Origin: Bacteroidota bacterium
GTDB taxonomy: Bacteria; Bacteroidota; Bacteroidia; Bacteroidales; GCA-2748055
NCBI GenBank assembly: GCA_039714915.1
Contig: JBDLIM010000001.1
Span: 149,300-213,299 of the forward strand
Length of the DNA stretch: 64,000 bases
Direction of reading: 5' to 3'
The position numbers and the translations under genes were made by a program. Positions 59,001-64,000 of the stretch are shown in pieces. Under the pieces are notes generated by a model. That model was not told the DNA's origin, did no database searches, and was given only the letters and a program-made list of their open reading frames with translations. Position 1 is the stretch's first letter, and each line of letters starts with the position of its first letter.

Positions 59001-60413
59001 GTGGCAGGAAAAACACTATTTGATAAGATCTGGGATGCCCATGTGGTGGAAAAGATCAGTGGAGGACCCTCGGTGCTATACATAGATAAGCACCTGATTC
59101 ATGAAGTTACCAGTCCACAGGCCTTTGCCGGAATTGACAGCCGGGGCATCAGGGTATTCCGTCCGGAACAGACAGTGGCCACTCCGGACCACAATGTTCC
59201 CACAGTCGACCAGCATTTACCCATCAAGGACGAGCTCTCCAGGTTTCAGGTAGATAAGCTAAGCGAAAACTGTGAGAAACACGGTGTGACTATCTACGGA
59301 CTGAATCACCCCTTCCAGGGAATAGTCCATGTGATCGGTCCCGAGCTTGGAATTACACAACCCGGCATGACCATGGTATGCGGGGACAGCCATACCTCAA
59401 CCCATGGTGCATTTGGAAGCGTGGCCTTTGGAATCGGTACCAGCGAGGTGGAAATGGTACTTGCCACCCAGTGCATTCTTCAGCCCAAACCAAAAAAAAT
59501 GAGAATTTCAGTGGAAGGCGAGCTTGCTGAAGGAGTCACTGCCAAAGATGTGATCCTTTACATTATTTCCCGGATCACAACCAGCGGGGGAACCGGATAT
59601 TTCATAGAATATGCCGGATCGGCCATCAGGGGATTGTCCATGGAGGGAAGAATGACCGTATGCAACATGAGTATTGAAAGTGGGGCACGGGGAGGTCTTA
59701 TCGCTCCTGATCAGACCACCTTTGACTACCTCAAAGGCCGGGAGTTCGCTCCCATGGGTGAGGATTTCGACCTTGCAGTTGACAAATGGAAGGAACTGAA
59801 GACGGATGATGACGCTGTATTTGACAAGGAACTTATTTTTGATGCTGCCGATATTGAACCCATGATTACTTATGGGACCAACCCGGGAATGGGTGCCAGG
59901 ATTAAAGATCACATTCCTGCTGTAGAGGAAATTGATCCGGCTGCCAGGGAATCATACAGGAAATCCCTCGCATATATGGGATTTGAGCCTGGTTCCCCCA
60001 TCGAAGGCAGGGAAGTGGATTATGTTTTTGTGGGCTCCTGCACCAATGGCAGAATCGAAGACCTCAGGGAAGTGGCCGATTTTGTGAAAGGGCATCGCAA
60101 AGCCGATCATGTTACCGCATGGATTGTTCCCGGATCCAGGCAGGTGGAGAAGCAAGCCCATGAGGAAGGCATCACCGAAATCCTGGAAGCCTCCGGTTTT
60201 AAGCTGAGACAACCCGGGTGTTCCGCGTGCCTGGCCATGAACGATGATAAAATACCGGAAGGGAAACTGGCTGTGGCCACTTCGAACCGGAATTTTGAAG
60301 GCAGGCAGGGCCCCGGAGCCAGAACCATGCTGGCCAGTCCCCGAGCCGCAGCTGCAGCAGCCATCACAGGTCGCATTACCGATCCCCGTAATCTGATAAA
60401 TACAAAAATCTGA
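59001..60413 (+). CDS. leuC: 3-isopropylmalate dehydratase large subunit
   Basis: [53 protein letters not shown]. Confidence 0.97.
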   Translation: MAGKTLFDKIWDAHVVEKISGGPSVLYIDKHLIHEVTSPQAFAGIDSRGIRVFRPEQTVATPDHNVPTVDQHLPIKDELSRFQVDKLSENCEKHGVTIYGLNHPFQGIVHVIGPELGITQPGMTMVCGDSHTSTHGAFGSVAFGIGTSEVEMVLATQCILQPKPKKMRISVEGELAEGVTAKDVILYIISRITTSGGTGYFIEYAGSAIRGLSMEGRMTVCNMSIESGARGGLIAPDQTTFDYLKGREFAPMGEDFDLAVDKWKELKTDDDAVFDKELIFDAADIEPMITYGTNPGMGARIKDHIPAVEEIDPAARESYRKSLAYMGFEPGSPIEGREVDYVFVGSCTNGRIEDLREVADFVKGHRKADHVTAWIVPGSRQVEKQAHEEGITEILEASGFKLRQPGCSACLAMNDDKIPEGKLAVATSNRNFEGRQGPGARTMLASPRAAAAAAITGRITDPRNLINTKI

Positions 60414-60417
60414 AGCT

Positions 60418-61011
60418 ATGTCAATTGAGAAATTTCAAACCATAGAATCCCCTGCTGTACCCCTGCCCATTGAAAACGTGGATACCGACCAGATCATTCC
60501 TGCCCGCTTCCTGAAAGCGACCACCAGGGATGGATTCGGTGAAAACCTCTTCAGGGACTGGAGGTTTGAAAACAGCGGACAGCCCAGAGCTGAATTTGTG
60601 CTGAATAATCCGGATTATTCCGGTTCGATTCTGATAGGCGGAAAGAATTTCGGCAGTGGTTCCAGCAGGGAACATGCAGCCTGGGCCATCCACGACTATG
60701 GATTTAAAGTGGTGGTGTCCAGTTTCTTTGCCGACATATTCAAGAACAATGCTTTAAATAACGGATTGCTGCCTGTACAGGTATCCGAAACTTTCCTTGC
60801 CAATATATTCTCGGCCATCCAAAAGGATGCAGCCACCCTGATCAGGGTGGACCTTGAGAAACAGGAAATCACCCTGACAGCCACCGGTGAATCTGAAAGC
60901 TTTCAGATTAATCCCTATAAGAAAGAATGCCTGCTTAATGGCTATGACGACATCGACTACCTGCTGAATATCAAGGAAAAAATCGCGCAATTTGAAGCCT
61001 CCGGAATCTAA
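60418..61011 (+). CDS. leuD: 3-isopropylmalate dehydratase small subunit
   Basis: [35 protein letters not shown]. Confidence 0.97.
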   Translation: MSIEKFQTIESPAVPLPIENVDTDQIIPARFLKATTRDGFGENLFRDWRFENSGQPRAEFVLNNPDYSGSILIGGKNFGSGSSREHAAWAIHDYGFKVVVSSFFADIFKNNALNNGLLPVQVSETFLANIFSAIQKDAATLIRVDLEKQEITLTATGESESFQINPYKKECLLNGYDDIDYLLNIKEKIAQFEASGI

Positions 61012-61023
61012 AAATACCCGATC

Positions 61024-62541
61024 ATGAAAATCACCATCATGGACACCACACTCCGGGACGGGGAACAGACCTCCGGAGTAACGTTCACAGCTACAGAGAA
61101 ATTAAACATAGCAAAATTGCTTCTGGGAGAGTTGAACGTGGATCGAATCGAAGTGGCTTCTGCGCGGGTTTCTGAGGGCGAATACGAAGGTGCCAGGAAG
61201 ATCTTCACCTGGGCCAAGGAACACGGTCATATTGAAAAAGTAGAGGTCCTTGGATTCGTAGACGGTGACATCTCCCTGAAGTGGATCAAGGATGCCGGTG
61301 GCAGGGTTGTGAATCTTCTGACAAAAGGCTCACTGAAGCATTGCCGCCACCAGCTGAAAAAAAAGCCTGAAGAGCACATTGCTGATATTAAAAAAGTGCT
61401 GGCACATGCCAGGGAGAAGGGCATCAGGGTCAATATCTATTTCGAGGACTGGTCCAATGGAATGCGCAACTCGCCCGAATACATGTACCAGTTGCTGGAT
61501 GCACTTAAAGAGGAGAGCATCGACAGGTTTATGCTCCCCGATACACTGGGGATCCTGAACCCCCAGGAAACCTATGAATTCTGTCTGGATATAAAGACAC
61601 GCTACCCTGAGCTTGATTTCGATTTCCATGCACATAACGATTACGATCTGGCCACTGCCAATACATGTTCGGCTATCAGGGCGGGGATTACCGGGATTCA
61701 TACCACAGTGAACGGATTGGGAGAAAGGGCCGGAAACGTACCCATCTCCAGCGTAATCGGAGTGGTGAAAGACCACTACAAGTATGACATGTCCATCCGG
61801 GAAGAGCGGCTCTACCATGCCAGTAAGCTGGTCGAATCCTTCTCGGGGATCAGGATCCCCCCAAACAAACCTCTGATCGGTGAAAATGTATTTACCCAGA
61901 CCAGCGGAATCCATGCAGACGGGGACCAGAAGGACGATCTTTACTTCAACGACCTGCTGCCTGAACGATTTGGAAGGAAAAGGACCTATGCCCTGGGGAA
62001 GATGTCAGGGAAGGCCAGCATCCAGAAGAACCTGGAAGAGCTTGGGATCGAACTAAGTAAACAGGACATGAAACTGGTCACCGAAAGGGTCATTGAACTG
62101 GGAGACAAGAAAGAGATCATTACCAAAGAGGACCTCCCCTACATCATTTCTGATGTACTTCGAAGCAAGCGAGTGGAGGAGCGGATCCGGATCAGGAACT
62201 TCCAGTTATCGGTGGCACGTGGACTAAGGTCTGTAGCCACCCTCTCCATTGAAATAGACAGCCAGATCTATGAAGAAACAGCTTCGGGCGATGGACAGTA
62301 TGATGCCTTTATGAAGGCCCTGTGGAAAATATACGACAAGCTGGAAAGGAAACACCCCTTTCTTACCGACTATGTGGTGACCATTCCTCCGGGAGGAAAA
62401 ACAGATGCCCTGGTAGAATGTATGATCACATGGAATTATGAAGGGAACCTCATTAAAACCCGTGCACTGGATTCCGATCAGACCGTGGCGGCCATTAAAT
62501 GCACAACCAGAATGTTGAATGTTATTGAAAGCTATGGCTAA
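61024..62541 (+). CDS. cimA: DRE-TIM synthase, probable (R)-citramalate synthase (Leptospira/Bacteroidota CimA type)
   Basis: DTTLRDGEQ, YFEDWSNG, HAHNDYDL, FTQTSGIHADGD, PPGGKTDAL; located between leuD and leuB. Confidence 0.8.
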   Translation: MKITIMDTTLRDGEQTSGVTFTATEKLNIAKLLLGELNVDRIEVASARVSEGEYEGARKIFTWAKEHGHIEKVEVLGFVDGDISLKWIKDAGGRVVNLLTKGSLKHCRHQLKKKPEEHIADIKKVLAHAREKGIRVNIYFEDWSNGMRNSPEYMYQLLDALKEESIDRFMLPDTLGILNPQETYEFCLDIKTRYPELDFDFHAHNDYDLATANTCSAIRAGITGIHTTVNGLGERAGNVPISSVIGVVKDHYKYDMSIREERLYHASKLVESFSGIRIPPNKPLIGENVFTQTSGIHADGDQKDDLYFNDLLPERFGRKRTYALGKMSGKASIQKNLEELGIELSKQDMKLVTERVIELGDKKEIITKEDLPYIISDVLRSKRVEERIRIRNFQLSVARGLRSVATLSIEIDSQIYEETASGDGQYDAFMKALWKIYDKLERKHPFLTDYVVTIPPGGKTDALVECMITWNYEGNLIKTRALDSDQTVAAIKCTTRMLNVIESYG

Positions 62542-62587
62542 CAGCCACAGCTTTCAATGTTAGAAATTTAAAAAATATCAGGACGAA

Positions 62588-63643
62588 ATGGATTATAAGA
62601 TTGCAGTATTAAAAGGAGACGGGATCGGACCGGAGATTGTTGACCAGGCCATTAAGGTCATGAAAGCCGTTGGAAACAAATTTGGTCATAATTTCATTTT
62701 TACCGAAGCACTTACCGGTGCCACAGCCATCGATCAGGTAGGGGATCCCTTTCCCGAGGACACCTTTCAGCTGTGTATGGAGTCTGATGCGGTATTGTTT
62801 GGTGCCATCGGAGATCCGAAATACGATAACGATCCCAAAGCGAAAGTCAGGCCCGAACAGGGCTTGCTGGCCATGAGAAAGAAGCTTGGCCTGTATGCCA
62901 ATATTCGTCCTGTGACCACTTTCCCGTCCCTGATCCATAAGTCACCCCTGCGAAAAGACCTGGTGGAAGGTGCCGATTTTGTGGTGGTTCGGGAACTTAC
63001 CGGAGGGATCTATTTTGGTGAGAAAGGCCGCTCCGAAGACCTGAGCAGGGCATTTGATCATTGCGTGTACAATAAATTTGAGGTGGAACGCATTCTGGAC
63101 CTGGCCTTTGATTATGCAGCAAAAAGAAATAAAAGGCTGACCGTAGTCGACAAGGCCAATGTACTGGCCACCTCCAGGCTATGGAGAGAGACCGCCCAGG
63201 AAATGAGTCCCTCCCGCCCCGATATTGAGGTGGATTATATGTTTGTGGACAATGCAGCCATGCAGATCATCCAGTGGCCAAAGAAATTCGATGTGATGGT
63301 GACCGAAAATATGTTCGGGGATATACTTTCGGATGAAGCCAGCGTGATCACCGGTTCACTGGGTCTTTTACCCTCTGCTTCTGTGGGGATCCATACTTCT
63401 GTATTCGAGCCCATTCACGGCTCCTACCCCCAGGCAACCGGAAAAGACATTGCCAATCCCCTGGCCACCGTGCTTTCTGCAGCCATGCTGCTGGAAATTG
63501 CCCTGGACCTCACCGAAGAAGCAAAGGCCATAAGGGATGCTGTGGACCGTTCCATGAGTGAAGGAATTGTTACCGAGGATATAGCTGAAGGAAAAGCCTA
63601 TAAGACCTCTGAAGTGGGCGACTGGCTGGCAGCTCAGGTCTGA
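62588..63643 (+). CDS. leuB: 3-isopropylmalate dehydrogenase
   Basis: [47 protein letters not shown]. Confidence 0.97.
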   Translation: MDYKIAVLKGDGIGPEIVDQAIKVMKAVGNKFGHNFIFTEALTGATAIDQVGDPFPEDTFQLCMESDAVLFGAIGDPKYDNDPKAKVRPEQGLLAMRKKLGLYANIRPVTTFPSLIHKSPLRKDLVEGADFVVVRELTGGIYFGEKGRSEDLSRAFDHCVYNKFEVERILDLAFDYAAKRNKRLTVVDKANVLATSRLWRETAQEMSPSRPDIEVDYMFVDNAAMQIIQWPKKFDVMVTENMFGDILSDEASVITGSLGLLPSASVGIHTSVFEPIHGSYPQATGKDIANPLATVLSAAMLLEIALDLTEEAKAIRDAVDRSMSEGIVTEDIAEGKAYKTSEVGDWLAAQV

Positions 63644-63999
63644 TCTGAGCTTTTTAGTTTCCGCTCCAGGAACCATACATTTATACCGGCCTCCTGGTCA
63701 TACCATTGATGGTATTCTTCGAATCCCACATAGCGGTAAAGCTTAAGGACCTTTTCAACTGTGGTTTCTATCAATATGGGCAGCTGAAGCTTTTCTGAAA
63801 GCCCGAATAAGTGATCCCTGATATCAGCCAGTCCCTTCAGGCTTCTGTTATTGGGTACACTGCCCAGCACCCACACATAGATATAATCTTTATAATCCGG
63901 GCGAAGACTTGCTATATACTTTTCCCGTTTCATGGTTGGAAAGAGTTGAGAGGGCTTTATGGCTTTCATAAACATAATGCCATACTTTATATAGTCGGT
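63634..63999 (-). CDS. 5'-partial hypothetical protein, GNAT-like C-terminus
   Basis: The frame is open to the window edge; [16 protein letters not shown]...LYRYVGF pattern. Confidence 0.6.
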   Translation of the reverse strand, partial: TDYIKYGIMFMKAIKPSQLFPTMKREKYIASLRPDYKDYIYVWVLGSVPNNRSLKGLADIRDHLFGLSEKLQLPILIETTVEKVLKLYRYVGFEEYHQWYDQEAGINVWFLERKLKSSDQT

Positions 64000-64000
64000 A

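Overview
This looks like a Bacteroidota (probably environmental Bacteroidales-like) chromosomal segment. The basis is repeated TAnnTTTG promoter motifs, lipoprotein signal peptides, a TonB-dependent receptor module and Bacteroides-type men and leu gene orders. It is densely coding: mutS2, three Gfo/Idh/MocA oxidoreductases, two S9 peptidases, a glycan-degradation cluster without SusC/SusD (CE15-heparinase-like fusion, two sulfatases, YitJ-like methyltransferase, GH2, DUF4038), tex, rpe, a menaquinone cluster, an ectoine-type aspartokinase without ectABC, and leuC-leuD-cimA-leuB. No rRNA, tRNA, CRISPR-Cas locus or intact transposase was recognised. The most striking feature is a small, essentially non-coding element present twice in opposite orientation (about 534-993 and 37578-38393). 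Each copy lies just downstream of a host stop codon, in the same orientation relative to that gene. Each is bracketed by a duplication of the host gene's 3' end (about 21 bp and 131 bp). The copies share a 122-bp identical block within a 63-bp-periodic array of 14-bp inverted motifs, and a co-varying 24-bp tandem repeat. They differ by a 179-bp hairpin-rich module and by unrelated tails. Its mechanism is unknown. All product calls come from motif recognition by eye, not database searches.
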